DNA of 64,000 nucleotides from an uncultured Gammaproteobacteria bacterium (GCA_964400625.1 CAYNUS010000001.1:116606-180605); one strand, 5' to 3'. Positions 28,588 to 38,364 are shown, counted from the first letter of the stretch. The notes: a model not told the origin generated them from the sequence alone. Made by a program: numbers and translations.

Positions 28588-29403
28588 TTACGGGAGGATT
28601 TCGTAGAGGACGGTGACGTTCACGACGACGTCCTGCGATCCGGATTCGACGGTCGGGTTGGAGGCGCCGCCGCCGAGGCCCATGGCCGCGTCGCGGTAGT
28701 AGACCGGCGCGGAGTAGCCTTCGCTCTCGCTGAAGCCGACGACCTTGCCGAGCTTCACGCCTGCCGCGTCGGCCAAGGCCTGCGCCTTGGACTTCGCCGC
28801 TTCGAGGCCCTTGAGGCGCGCCTGCTGGCGGAGTTCCTCCGGCTCGTCGATGTCGAAGGTCACGCCGCCGACCTGGTTGGCGCCGAGTTCGCCGACCGCG
28901 GCGAGCACGTCGCCGATCTTGGAGAGGTCGCGCACCTTCACGCCGACGTTCTGCGTCACCTGGAAGCCGCGCTCCACCTGGCGGTTGTCGATCCAGTCGT
29001 ACTGCGGGTAGATGGAATAGTTCGTGGTCTTGATGTCCTCGTCCGCGACGCCGAACTCCTTGACCTTGGCGATGATGGCGTTCATCTTCGCCGTGTTCTC
29101 CTTCTGCGCCTCGGCGACGGACTTCTTCTCGGTCATCACGCCGACGGAGATCGAGGCGATGTCCGGCAGCGCCGTCACCTTGCCTTCGGCGGAGATGGCG
29201 ATCGTGTCGCGCTGGGATTCGGGCCGTCCGATGTAGTCGTGCTCCTTGGCGGCGTTGCGCGCGAGGAGCGCGAGGTAGACGGCGCCGACGGCGAGGACGA
29301 CGCCCCAGATCGGCTTCATGAAGCGCCGGCCGAAACCGTGATGGCCGCGGCCGCAGCCGCCCTTACCGCACGCGCATCCTTCGTTCATGGGCATGTTCTC
29401 CAT
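28588..29403 (-). CDS. SIMPL/DUF541-domain protein with Cys/Gly/His-rich N-terminus
   Basis: Typical SIMPL core (TIAISAEGKV...VTFDIDEPEEL...). N-terminal MNEGCACGKGGCGRGHHG, then a TM segment. Confidence 0.7.
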   Translation of the reverse strand: MENMPMNEGCACGKGGCGRGHHGFGRRFMKPIWGVVLAVGAVYLALLARNAAKEHDYIGRPESQRDTIAISAEGKVTALPDIASISVGVMTEKKSVAEAQKENTAKMNAIIAKVKEFGVADEDIKTTNYSIYPQYDWIDNRQVERGFQVTQNVGVKVRDLSKIGDVLAAVGELGANQVGGVTFDIDEPEELRQQARLKGLEAAKSKAQALADAAGVKLGKVVGFSESEGYSAPVYYRDAAMGLGGGASNPTVESGSQDVVVNVTVLYEILP

Positions 29404-29412
29404 AGGGAAAGG

Positions 29413-30630
29413 TTAGGTTCGTTCTTCGATGATGAGAGGGGCGATGCCGGGCAGGACCTTGCCTTCGAGGAACTCGAGCATGGCGCCGCCGCCGGTCGAG
29501 ACGTGGTCGACGCAGTCCGCGAGGCCGGTCCGCGCGAGCGCCTGGACCGTTTCGCCGCCGCCGACCACGCCGAAGGTCTTGCCTTTCGAACGTGCCGCGA
29601 CCAGCCGCCCGAGCGCGAGCGTGCCGTGGCTGAAGCGCGGCTGTTCGAACCAGCCGAGCGGCCCGTTCCAGACGATCATCTTCGCCGAGCGGATATATGA
29701 GGAGTACGCGGAGATCGTCTTGGGGCCGATGTCGAGGATCGCCTCATGGTCTTGGCAGAGGTCGAACGGCTCGTTCTGGAGATCGACGACCTGCAGCTTG
29801 CCCTTGGGATCCTTCGGGTCGGCGATGATGACGTCGTGCGGGAGGATCAGCTTCTTGTAATACGGATGCTTCATGAGCGCGACGGCGGCTTCGAGATCCT
29901 CGTCGCTGCAGCTGGTCGCGCCGATGCAGTGGCTCATGGCCTTGTAGAAGGGGGCGATGAGCGCGCCGCCGAGGAGCACGCGGTCCGCGACGGAGAGCAT
30001 CTGCGAGATGACGCCGATCTTCGACGAGACTTTCGCGCCGCCCATGATCACGAGGTACGGGCGCTCGGGCGTCTCGAGCGCGCGGGTGAGCGCCTCGGTC
30101 TCGGCGGCCAGGAGCGGTCCGGCGTAGGACGGCAGGTAGCGGGTGATGCCGACGTTCGAGGCGGCCGCGCGGTGGGCCACGCCGAAGGCCTCGTTCACGT
30201 AGACCTCCGCCAGCCGCGAAAGGGATTCGGCGAAGGCGAGGTCGTTGGCTTCCTCCCCCTTCTTGAAACGCAGGTTCTCGAGCATCACGACGTCGCCGTC
30301 CTTCATCGCCGCGACGGCCTCCTCCGCCTCGGCGCCGACGCAGTCCGCGATCTTCAGGACGGGCGCGTGCGCGAGCTGGGAGAGCCGCTTGGCCACGGCG
30401 TCGGTCTTGAGCGCGGCGACCTTCTTCCCGTCCGGGCGCCCCAGGTGCGTGGCGAGGATGACGCGCGCGCCGGCCTTGCGGAGCTTCTCGACGGTCGGGA
30501 CGACGCGGCGGATGCGCCAATCCTCTTCCGCGCCGACCTTGCCGCGCGCGACGGGCACGTTGAAATCGACGCGCACGAGCACGCGCTTGCCTTTCAGCGA
30601 TCGGTAGTCTTCGAGGACGCGGAGCGGCAT
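29413..30630 (-). CDS. pgk: Phosphoglycerate kinase
   Basis: Full-length PGK motifs (RVDFNVP, ATHLGRP, GGGA). Confidence 0.95.
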   Translation of the reverse strand: MPLRVLEDYRSLKGKRVLVRVDFNVPVARGKVGAEEDWRIRRVVPTVEKLRKAGARVILATHLGRPDGKKVAALKTDAVAKRLSQLAHAPVLKIADCVGAEAEEAVAAMKDGDVVMLENLRFKKGEEANDLAFAESLSRLAEVYVNEAFGVAHRAAASNVGITRYLPSYAGPLLAAETEALTRALETPERPYLVIMGGAKVSSKIGVISQMLSVADRVLLGGALIAPFYKAMSHCIGATSCSDEDLEAAVALMKHPYYKKLILPHDVIIADPKDPKGKLQVVDLQNEPFDLCQDHEAILDIGPKTISAYSSYIRSAKMIVWNGPLGWFEQPRFSHGTLALGRLVAARSKGKTFGVVGGGETVQALARTGLADCVDHVSTGGGAMLEFLEGKVLPGIAPLIIEERT

Positions 30631-30631
30631 A

Positions 30632-31948
30632 TCAGAGGTTGTTGCGGCGGAAGGACGTGAGCGGCGCGCTGATGAGCTTCCAGGCGCTCTTCCACGGCAG
30701 GGTCTTGATGAAATAGCGGATGTCGGCGGCGAGGCGGATGGGCCAGACGACGTAGCCCCGGAAACGGAAGCCGAAGACCTCGGCGATGCCCCAGGCGCCG
30801 CCCATCGGGACGAGCGCGTGCATGTGCGGGAAGGCGTATTTCGCCGGCGGCCGTCCGGACATCGCGTTCGCGACGTTCTCCGCGACGACCTTGGCCTGGT
30901 GGATGGCGGCCTGCGCGAGCTGCGGCACGGGACGCTTGCTCGCGGGATCCATGAGCGCGGCGCAGTCGCCGACGGCCCAGACGGATTTCTGTCCGCGGAC
31001 GAGCATCGTCTCGTCGACCTCGATCTTGCCGCGCGCGTCGACGGAGAGGCCGAGCGCCTTCACGACCGGATTCGCGCGGAAGCCGCCGCACCAGACGAGC
31101 AGGTCGGTCGTGATCTCCTTCTCGCGTTCCTTCTTGAAGTCGCAGACGAGCATGTCTTCCGTCTCGCCCGGCTTGAGCGGGCGCGGCGCGAGCACGACAT
31201 GATCCTTGTGCGCGCCCTTGATGCAGGTATCGAGGAGCAGTTTCACGCCGAGCTTCTCGAGCCGCGCGCGCGCCCAGCCGGACATGTCCTTGTGGAAGGT
31301 CTGGAGCGGGCGTGGCGAGGCCTCGACGAGTTCGATGGAGTATTCGGCCGCGCCGAGCATCCCCTTCTTCACCTGCGTGCGCATGAACGCGGCGGCTTCG
31401 CAGGCGAACTCGACGCCGGTGGGGCCGGCGCCGCCGACCAGCACGCGGATGAACGGGATCTCGTTGCGCCGCTTCTGCGCGACCAGCTCGCGCAGCTTGC
31501 GGTTCACGATCATCGCGTCGCGCAGGGTGTACATCGGGTGGCCGTGCTGTTCGAGCCCTTCGATGCCGTAGAAATCCGGCACGGCGCCGACCGCGACGAC
31601 GAGGTGGTCGAACGGCAGCGCGCGCTCGTCGGCGAGCTTCACGGCCTTCATCGCCCAATCGACGCCGAGGACTTCCTGGTATTCGACGCGCACGCCGCGC
31701 GCCGCGAGGTGCGTCCTCAGGTCCTCGTACGGCGTCGCGATGCCGGCCTTGAGCCGGTCTTCCTCCGCCTCGCCGGTCGCCACCTCGTAGAGCCACGGGC
31801 GGTAGAGGTGGTGCGTGCACTTGTCGACGACGACGATCTCGCAGCCGGACCGCTTACCGAGCCGTTTCGAAAGCTCGACGGCGGCCGAAAGGCCTCCGAA
31901 TCCCGCGCCGAGGATGACGATGCGTTCACAGCTCTTGGGATCCTCCAT
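30632..31948 (-). CDS. ndh: Type II NADH dehydrogenase (NDH-2), FAD-dependent pyridine nucleotide-disulfide oxidoreductase
   Basis: RIVILGAGFGG and VGGAGPTGVEFA dinucleotide-binding motifs. Start trimmed from track ORF 32611 to ATG 31948. Confidence 0.85.
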   Translation of the reverse strand: MEDPKSCERIVILGAGFGGLSAAVELSKRLGKRSGCEIVVVDKCTHHLYRPWLYEVATGEAEEDRLKAGIATPYEDLRTHLAARGVRVEYQEVLGVDWAMKAVKLADERALPFDHLVVAVGAVPDFYGIEGLEQHGHPMYTLRDAMIVNRKLRELVAQKRRNEIPFIRVLVGGAGPTGVEFACEAAAFMRTQVKKGMLGAAEYSIELVEASPRPLQTFHKDMSGWARARLEKLGVKLLLDTCIKGAHKDHVVLAPRPLKPGETEDMLVCDFKKEREKEITTDLLVWCGGFRANPVVKALGLSVDARGKIEVDETMLVRGQKSVWAVGDCAALMDPASKRPVPQLAQAAIHQAKVVAENVANAMSGRPPAKYAFPHMHALVPMGGAWGIAEVFGFRFRGYVVWPIRLAADIRYFIKTLPWKSAWKLISAPLTSFRRNNL

Positions 31949-31974
31949 ATCGGCTCCACTATACCATTTACGGC

Positions 31975-32880
31975 CTAATACCGCACCGTAAGATGCACGA
32001 TTTCCGGCGGGCAGAAAAGGCGGGCGCGGGGGCCGGATTCGCCGGCGCCGGCGCCGATCACGAGCGTCGCCTCCCCCACGCGGAAGACGCCGCGGTCGTA
32101 GCGGCGGCCGAGGTGGTGCGGCAGCGGCATGACCGATCCGATGAACGGCAGGCGGATCTGCCCGGCGTGCGTGTGGCCCGAAAGGAAGACCGTCGGCGCG
32201 GTCCGGCCCTTGAGGAGCTCGGCGGCGGGCGGCGCGAGGTCGGGATTGTGGAGCATGGCGACGAGCGGGACGTCCGCCGGGATGCCGCGGAAGGCGGCGT
32301 CGAGGTCCGTCTCGCCGTACCAGTCGTCGTCGGCGCCCGCGACGGCGACTTCGCCGCCGGCGTGCGGCAGGCGCTTCGAAAGGTTGAGGAGGAGCGGCAC
32401 GCCCTCGCGGCCGAACCAGGCGCGCGCTTCGGCGTCCGCCTTGTATTCGTCGTGGTTGCCGAGGATGGCGTAGACGCCGAGCTTCGCGGAGAACTCCTTG
32501 AGCGGCAGGAGCTTCGGGAGGTCCTTCGCGCTCTCGTGCAGGAAATCGCCGCCGAGCAGGACGACGTCGGGCTTCAGCCGCGCCGTCGCTTGCGCCAGCC
32601 GGCGCACCCATGCGCTTGCTTTATAGGGACCGACGTGGATGTCGGAGACGAAGGCGACGCGCAGCGCCCGCTCCCCCGTCCCGATCTCGTAGCGCGTCGT
32701 CTTCAAGAGGTGCGGCTCGACGAACGATCCGTAGAGCAGGACGAGGAGCGGCAGGACCGCCCATTCCGTCACGACGTTCGCGGCCCAGGCGAAAAACAAA
32801 CATCCCGCGGCGATGATGAGGTCGTAGACCCACCACGGGATGCCGTGGCCGTAGACCGGTTTCGAATACCGGGCCGGCAT
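31975..32880 (-). CDS. Membrane-anchored calcineurin-like metallophosphoesterase
   Basis: VSDIHVG, LLGGDFL, LGNHDEY and SGHTHAGQ motif series; N-terminal TMs. Start trimmed to ATG 32880. Confidence 0.85.
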   Translation of the reverse strand: MPARYSKPVYGHGIPWWVYDLIIAAGCLFFAWAANVVTEWAVLPLLVLLYGSFVEPHLLKTTRYEIGTGERALRVAFVSDIHVGPYKASAWVRRLAQATARLKPDVVLLGGDFLHESAKDLPKLLPLKEFSAKLGVYAILGNHDEYKADAEARAWFGREGVPLLLNLSKRLPHAGGEVAVAGADDDWYGETDLDAAFRGIPADVPLVAMLHNPDLAPPAAELLKGRTAPTVFLSGHTHAGQIRLPFIGSVMPLPHHLGRRYDRGVFRVGEATLVIGAGAGESGPRARLFCPPEIVHLTVRY

Positions 32881-32882
32881 CG

Positions 32883-33893
32883 CTATTTGATGGACGCGCC
32901 GACGCGCTCGACCATCTCGCCGAGGCGGCAGGAGTAGCCCCACTCGTTGTCGTACCAGGCGATGACCTTCACGAGGTCGCCGTCGACCACCTGCGTCAGG
33001 TTGACGTCGACGATGGACGAGTACGGGTTCTTGATGAAGTCCGACGAGACGAGCTCTTCCTCGGTCCACGTCATCACGCCCTCGTAGCGCTTGGTGGCGC
33101 AGGCCGCCTTGATGGCCTTGTTCACTTCCTCGACCGTCGTCTTCCTGCCGACGACGAAGGTGAAGTCGGAGAGCGAGACGACGGAGGTCGGCACGCGGAG
33201 CGAGAGGCCGTCGAAGAGGCCCTTGAGTTCGGGGATCGTCTCGGTGACGGCGATGGCGGCGCCGGTGGAGGTCGGGATGATGTTGGCGGCGGCGGCGCGG
33301 GCGCGGCGGAGGTCCTTGTGCGGGCCGTCCTGGAGCACCTGGTCGGCGGTGTAGCTGTGGATCGTGGACATCATCGCCTTCTTGATGCCGAACTTGGAAT
33401 GGATGACGGCGGCCACCGGCGCGATGCAGTTGGTGGTGCAGGAGGCGTTGTTGATGATGTTCGACTTGCCCTTATAGTCGTGTCCGTTCACGCCCAGGAC
33501 GTAGGTCGGGATCTCGCCGCCCTTGGCGGGGGCCGAAAGCACGACGCGCTTGGCGCCGGCGGTGAGGTGCTGGGAGGCGCCCTTCTCGTCGGTGAAGCGG
33601 CCCGTCGATTCGATGACGACGTCGATCTTGAGGTCCTTCCAAGGAAGCTTCGTCGGATCCTTCTCCGCGCAGACGATGATCTTCTTGCCGCCGACGTAGA
33701 GGTTCTTCTCGTCGTACGTCACTTCCTTCTCGTACGCGCCGTAGTTGGTGTCGTGCTTCAGGAGGTGCGCGAGCGTCTTGGTGTCGGTCAGGTCGTTCAC
33801 GGCGACGAACTCGAGGTTCTTCAGGCGGCCGAAGGAGGCCTTGAAGGTGTTGCGGCCGATGCGGCCGAAGCCGTTGATGGCGACGCGGATCAT
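32883..33893 (-). CDS. gap: Glyceraldehyde-3-phosphate dehydrogenase
   Basis: MIRVAINGFGRIGRN... and catalytic ASCTTNC. Confidence 0.95.
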   Translation of the reverse strand: MIRVAINGFGRIGRNTFKASFGRLKNLEFVAVNDLTDTKTLAHLLKHDTNYGAYEKEVTYDEKNLYVGGKKIIVCAEKDPTKLPWKDLKIDVVIESTGRFTDEKGASQHLTAGAKRVVLSAPAKGGEIPTYVLGVNGHDYKGKSNIINNASCTTNCIAPVAAVIHSKFGIKKAMMSTIHSYTADQVLQDGPHKDLRRARAAAANIIPTSTGAAIAVTETIPELKGLFDGLSLRVPTSVVSLSDFTFVVGRKTTVEEVNKAIKAACATKRYEGVMTWTEEELVSSDFIKNPYSSIVDVNLTQVVDGDLVKVIAWYDNEWGYSCRLGEMVERVGASIK

Positions 33894-34498
33894 GGCGTGG
33901 GGGTTAGCGCTGCTTCAGAGGAATAGAATCGGACGTCGGTGAGGAAGGCGGCGAAGGCGGCGGGATCGAGATCGGTCGCGCGGATGACGAGGGCTCGCTC
34001 CCCCATCGGCACGTAGGCGGTCTGGCGGCGGACGCGGCCGCGTTCGAATCCGGCGGCGAAGAGCGCGGGGCGTCCGTCGACGGCGATGTCGTAGAGCGCG
34101 GGTCGGCTCCCGGCATGATCGGCCGCCGCGGCGTCGGCGATGCCCTTCCCTTCATAGAGCGGGATCGCCTCGACGAGCACTCCGCCGCCTTCGCGCCCGG
34201 CCAGGTCCAGCTCCTTCAAGGAGCGGCCGAGGCGCACGCGCAGGGGGTCGGCGTCGTCCACGAGCCAGCCCGGCGGCGCGGCGTACGCGTAGCCGAGCGT
34301 CCGGTTGTCGTGGCGCGTCCAGAGCGCGGGGTCGAGCGCGACAGGTTCGTCGATGGACGTCACGTCCGCGGCGGAGGCGACGACGAACGGGCGGAGCGAG
34401 GAAAGCCAGATGCCGAAAAGCCCGTATGCGGCGACCAGGGCGACGAGCGCATATTCAACGACCGGCGATAACGTATGCTTCACCCTCCACAGAGACAT
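33890..34498 (-). CDS. Hypothetical membrane-anchored protein; stop overlaps the gap start (ATGA)
   Basis: N-terminal TM; TTCACG-17-TATACT promoter whose -10 ends 8 nt before the ATG (leaderless). Confidence 0.5.
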   Translation of the reverse strand: MSLWRVKHTLSPVVEYALVALVAAYGLFGIWLSSLRPFVVASAADVTSIDEPVALDPALWTRHDNRTLGYAYAAPPGWLVDDADPLRVRLGRSLKELDLAGREGGGVLVEAIPLYEGKGIADAAAADHAGSRPALYDIAVDGRPALFAAGFERGRVRRQTAYVPMGERALVIRATDLDPAAFAAFLTDVRFYSSEAALTPTP

Positions 34499-34570
34499 AC
34501 GCAGACAGTATAGGCGCGGCCGAGGCGAGCGTGAAGTGAATGAAAAACCCCGCCGCTCGCGCTTCGGGGT

Positions 34571-35194
34571 TCAGTCGGAGGCCGTGAAGGTGCAGCCTTC
34601 GTGCGGCGAGAGGCGCAGGACCGCGAGGTCCTCGTCGCGCAGCGCGTAGGCGTGATGGTCGTGGAGCGTGATGCCGTAGAGCCCGCGGTTGATCATCGGG
34701 TTCATGAGCGCCGTGCCGCAGACCGGTCCGGCCTCGGGATGCGCGGGGACGTCGGGGCCATCGCAGTCCGTCGGCACGTGGTGCCAGATGCCGAGCTGGT
34801 GCCCGACCTCGTGGGCGATCGTCGGCCAAAGGATGTCTTCGGAGATCGGCGTGCCGCCGAACTTCCGGAGGCAACCGATCATGAGGACGATCTCGCCGCC
34901 GACCCAGGCGCGTCCGAGCGCGTAGTTCCCGTCGGCGTCTTCCTCGCAGGCGTCCGTGCCGGCGCGGATGCGGATGAGCGCCTCGAGCGGATCGTCGACC
35001 TGCGCGCAGAGCACGCCTTCCGGGCGCCAAGCCTCGCAGGCCTCGCGCGCGAGCGTGGCCGGGAGCTCCGGGTGCGGCTCGATCCAGAAGGTCGCGGTGC
35101 GGAACTCCGACGGTTCGGCCTCGTAGAGGTCGTACGACGGGATATCGTCGCCGCAAGCGGCGAGCGCCGAAAGGAACAGGAGCGTCCGGTGCAT
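34571..35194 (-). CDS. Secreted lipoprotein, mini-metzincin zinc metalloprotease (snapalysin-like)
   Basis: Lipobox LSALAACG; HEVGHQLGIWHH (HExxHxxGxxH) and Met-turn ALMNP. Confidence 0.75.
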   Translation of the reverse strand: MHRTLLFLSALAACGDDIPSYDLYEAEPSEFRTATFWIEPHPELPATLAREACEAWRPEGVLCAQVDDPLEALIRIRAGTDACEEDADGNYALGRAWVGGEIVLMIGCLRKFGGTPISEDILWPTIAHEVGHQLGIWHHVPTDCDGPDVPAHPEAGPVCGTALMNPMINRGLYGITLHDHHAYALRDEDLAVLRLSPHEGCTFTASD

Positions 35195-35256
35195 GCGTCA
35201 CCTCCGCCTCGACGCTAGCGCGCCATGAGGCCCGCGTCAACGAAAAGACCGCCCGT

Positions 35257-35943
35257 TCAGGGGCGGTCGGCGGGCGTGCGGTACACGCAGTCCGGATGAT
35301 CCTTGTGCTCCACGTCGTCGACGAGGACCGAGTACTTCTTGTTGCGCACGTCGAAGGCGAGCGCGTCGACGGGCGTCACGACGGTGACGTCCTTGTCGTA
35401 GTACGGGTTCATGACCGCGACGCCGCAGACCTTCTTGCCGGACGGATGCGCCTTGGCGCCTTCGCACTTCGGCAGGTACGGCACGTGGTCCCAGATGCCG
35501 AGCTGGTGCCCGATCTCGTGGGTCATGACCGCCGTGAACTGGTGCGCGTCGTAGACGCCCTTCTCCTGGGTCAGGCAGCGCATCATCATCTTGATGTCGC
35601 CGCCGGAGTAGGCCCAGGCGAGCGTGGTGCGCTTCTTGTCGTCCTTGGGATCGTCGGGCGTGTCCATGTCGTCCATGAGCACGCACTCGCCGTCGTCGGC
35701 GTAGACGCGGATGTCGGCGAACGCCTTCGAAGGCGCCTCGACGCACGTCACGTTCTTCGCCTTCCAGGGCGCGCAGCCCTTGAAGACGAGCGCCTTGGGC
35801 ATCCGCGGGTCGTCCTCGACCCAGACGTCGATGACGTACGGGACGTCGGACGGGTCGGGCACGTAGCCCTTGGGCTTCTGGCTTCCGCCGCACGAGGTCG
35901 CGGTCCATGCCGCGAAGGCCAGGATCAGGGTGTTCGCGCGCAT
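35257..35943 (-). CDS. Secreted lipoprotein, mini-metzincin zinc metalloprotease (paralog)
   Basis: Lipobox WTATSCGG; HEIGHQLGIWDH and Met-turn AVMNP. AGGAGG RBS; start trimmed from track ORF 36570. Confidence 0.75.
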   Translation of the reverse strand: MRANTLILAFAAWTATSCGGSQKPKGYVPDPSDVPYVIDVWVEDDPRMPKALVFKGCAPWKAKNVTCVEAPSKAFADIRVYADDGECVLMDDMDTPDDPKDDKKRTTLAWAYSGGDIKMMMRCLTQEKGVYDAHQFTAVMTHEIGHQLGIWDHVPYLPKCEGAKAHPSGKKVCGVAVMNPYYDKDVTVVTPVDALAFDVRNKKYSVLVDDVEHKDHPDCVYRTPADRP

Positions 35944-35989
35944 GGCTTCCTCCTGTGAAAGGTCCTTCCCCACGATACCAGCGGAAACG

Positions 35990-36016
35990 AAAAACCGCCT
36001 GTGGGCGGTTTTCGCG
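35990..36016. terminator. Bidirectional terminator between tsf and the metzincin gene
   Basis: AACCGCC-tgtg-GGCGGTT flanked by A5 and T4. Confidence 0.55.
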
Positions 36017-36020
36017 GCGA

Positions 36021-36629
36021 TCAGCCGGGGACCTGGTTGTGGGATTCCATGGCGAAGCGCGTGAAGCGCTTGACCTGGATGTTCTCGCCCATCTTGGCGA
36101 TGGACTCCTTGACCACGTCCTCGACGGTCTTGTCCTCGTCCTTGATGTAGGCCTGGTTCAGGAGGCAGACCTCCCCGTACCACTTGCCGAGCTTGCCCTC
36201 GACGATCTTGGCGACCATCTCGGCGGGCTTGTTCGAGCCGATGAACTCTTCGGCGTAGATCTCCTTCTCCTTCTCGATGACCTCCGCGGGGATCGCGTCG
36301 GGCGAGACGTAGAGCGGGTTCATCGCGGCGATCTGGAGCGCGAGCGCGTGGCAGAGCTCCTTGAAGCCGTCGGTGCGGGCGACGAAGTCGGTCTCGCAGA
36401 GGACCTCGACCATCGCGCCCATCTTGCCGTTGCCGTGGACGTAGGCGTAGACGAGGCCTTCGGACGTCTGGCGGTCGGACTTGGATCCGGCCTTGGCGAT
36501 GCCCTTCTTGCGGAGGAGCTCGGCCGCGGCGGCCATGTCGCCGTTCGCCTCTTCGAGCGCTTTCTTGCACTCGACGATGCCCGCGCCGGTCATGGCGCGG
36601 AGTTCGGAAACCATCTTGGCGTCGATCAT
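36021..36629 (-). CDS. tsf: Elongation factor Ts
   Basis: MIDAKMVSELRAMTGAGIVECKKAL... Confidence 0.92.
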   Translation of the reverse strand: MIDAKMVSELRAMTGAGIVECKKALEEANGDMAAAAELLRKKGIAKAGSKSDRQTSEGLVYAYVHGNGKMGAMVEVLCETDFVARTDGFKELCHALALQIAAMNPLYVSPDAIPAEVIEKEKEIYAEEFIGSNKPAEMVAKIVEGKLGKWYGEVCLLNQAYIKDEDKTVEDVVKESIAKMGENIQVKRFTRFAMESHNQVPG

Positions 36630-36663
36630 AGGAGGAACGAAAGGTTAATGGAGGTCCGCTCGC

Positions 36664-37431
36664 TTACGCGGTGATGACGCGCGAGGCGCCTTCCGACGGC
36701 GCGGCCTTGGCGGCTTCGGCCTTCTGGGCGACGGCGTTCTTCTCGCGGAGCTTCTTGCCCTCGTTGACGGCCTCGGCCATGAGGCGGGTGATGAGCTCGA
36801 TGGACTTCACGGCGTCGTCGTTGGCCGGGATGCCGTAGGCGATGTCCTCGGGGTTGACGTTGGAGTCGAGCATGGCGAAGATCGGGACCTTCTTGTCGCC
36901 CGCTTCCTCGACCGCGGTCTTCTCGTGCTTGGCGTCGACGACGTAGAGGGCGTCCGGGAGCTTCGTGAGGGACGCGATGCCTCCCACCTTGCGCTCCATG
37001 TCCGCGATCTCGCGGTCGATGACGACGCGCTCCTTCTTGGTGTACTTGTCGAATCCGCCGGAAGCGGCCTTCGCGCGGTACTCGTTGAGCTTCTTGATGA
37101 GCTTCGAGATCTCCGGGAAGTTGGTGAACGTGCCGCCGAGCCAGCGCGTCGTGATGTACGGCATGCCGCACTCGTTCGCGTACTTCTCGACGATGCCGGA
37201 GGCCTGGCGCTTGGTGCCGAGGAAGACGATGACGCCGCCCTTCGCGACCATGTCGCGGGCCGCATCGAGCGCTTCCTTGAGCTTCGTGACGGTGGCTTCG
37301 AGGTTGATGATGTGGATGCCGTTCCTGGAGCCGAAGAGGAAGGGCTTCATCTTGGGATGCCACTTGGAGACCTGGTGGCCGAAATGGGCGCCGGTCTTCA
37401 AGAGCTCCACGAGTTCGGGGATCTCGTACAT
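36664..37431 (-). CDS. rpsB: 30S ribosomal protein S2
   Basis: ...ELLKTGAHFGHQVSKWHPKMKPF.... ATG 37431 preferred (AAGGAG 14 nt upstream); the track GTG 37458 lacks an RBS. Confidence 0.9.
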   Translation of the reverse strand: MYEIPELVELLKTGAHFGHQVSKWHPKMKPFLFGSRNGIHIINLEATVTKLKEALDAARDMVAKGGVIVFLGTKRQASGIVEKYANECGMPYITTRWLGGTFTNFPEISKLIKKLNEYRAKAASGGFDKYTKKERVVIDREIADMERKVGGIASLTKLPDALYVVDAKHEKTAVEEAGDKKVPIFAMLDSNVNPEDIAYGIPANDDAVKSIELITRLMAEAVNEGKKLREKNAVAQKAEAAKAAPSEGASRVITA

Positions 37432-37550
37432 AAAAGAGAGTGTTACTCCTTTTATCACCTTCCCGGCAGGGGCGGCCGTATCCTTGCGCCACGTGGCAGG
37501 ATGGCCGTTCCCAGGAGTCGCGCCGGAAATGTGAGGTTAATAATGCTCGG

Positions 37551-37579
37551 AGTATAGGGAAAGCCTCGCGGACTGTCAA
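37551..37579 (-). promoter_or_regulatory. Sigma70-type promoter TTGACA-17-TATACT of the rpsB-tsf operon; about 113-nt leader
   Basis: rc of 37574-37579 = TTGACA and rc of 37551-37556 = TATACT, spacer 17. Confidence 0.6.
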
Positions 37580-37583
37580 GGCT

Positions 37584-37610
37584 AAAGAAAAGCCCCCTAG
37601 CGGAGGGGGC
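37584..37610 (-). terminator. Terminator of the thioredoxin-like gene
   Basis: GCCCCCT-ccgct-AGGGGGC followed by TTTTCTTT on the minus strand. Confidence 0.6.
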
Positions 37611-37974
37611 AGGAGCTCGATTCGGCGAGCCATTTGAGGGAGCGGACCCCGAGGGCCTTGTAGCCGTCGGGGAAGCGCCAGGTCGGGTAGTTCTGGATGT
37701 CGAGCGCGTCGCACTCCGGGATGTTGCCGAAGGTGCCTTCCGGCTGGCAGTCGGTATAGGGCACGTCGGGCGCGTCCTTGCCGAAGAGCTCGAGCTGGTC
37801 GTGGCAGGGCTTGCACCAGTGGGCGCCGAAGAGGCGCATCCCCTTGCGTTTGAGGCACTTGGCGAGGGATTCCGGAGCGGCCGGGATCGGCTTGGCGTCG
37901 CCGGTCGTGGCCGGGGCGGCGCAGGAAAGGGCGGCCGTGAAGGCGAGGGTCAGGCAGGCGACGAGGCGGGGCAT
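37597..37974 (-). CDS. Secreted thioredoxin-fold protein (CxxC thiol-disulfide oxidoreductase-like)
   Basis: Signal peptide plus HWCKPCH active-site motif. Confidence 0.65.
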   Translation of the reverse strand: MPRLVACLTLAFTAALSCAAPATTGDAKPIPAAPESLAKCLKRKGMRLFGAHWCKPCHDQLELFGKDAPDVPYTDCQPEGTFGNIPECDALDIQNYPTWRFPDGYKALGVRSLKWLAESSSCPLR

Positions 37975-38008
37975 GGGGCCTCCTTCCGTCCCTTACCCTA
38001 GCCCACTC

Positions 38009-38037
38009 TTGCCAACTCCGCCAAGCCCTGCTATGCT
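38009..38037 (+). promoter_or_regulatory. Promoter TTGCCA-17-TATGCT of rpmE
   Basis: -35 at 38009-38014 and -10 at 38032-38037 visible. Confidence 0.45.
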
Positions 38038-38063
38038 CCCCGTCGTATTCAATCGTCTTCCCT

Positions 38064-38348
38064 ATGAAAGCGGAAACCCACCCGACGTATTACCCGGAAG
38101 CCAAGGTCGCCTGCGCCTGCGGCAACACCTTCACGACCGGCGCGACCGTCAAGGAGATCCATGTCGAACTTTGCTCCGCCTGCCACCCGTTCTACACCGG
38201 CAAGCAGAAGCTGATCGACACCTCCCGCCGCGTCGAGAAGTTCCAGGAGCGCACCACGAAGAAGGCCGCCGAAGGCACGAAGGCCACCGGCAAGAAGGCC
38301 CGCACCGTGAAGCGCACCGCGCTGAAGGCCGCCAAGGCCGCGAAGTAG
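38064..38348 (+). CDS. rpmE: 50S ribosomal protein L31 with Lys/Ala-rich C-terminal extension
   Basis: CACGNTF...[12 protein letters not shown] zinc-ribbon L31 signature. Confidence 0.9.
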   Translation: MKAETHPTYYPEAKVACACGNTFTTGATVKEIHVELCSACHPFYTGKQKLIDTSRRVEKFQERTTKKAAEGTKATGKKARTVKRTALKAAKAAK

Positions 38349-38364
38349 CTTCGTCGCAGAACCC

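Noticed and set aside
37458-37458. GTG start of rpsB proposed by the ORF track
   Set aside because: No RBS upstream. The ATG at 37431 has AAGGAG 14 nt upstream and gives the conventional S2 N-terminus.
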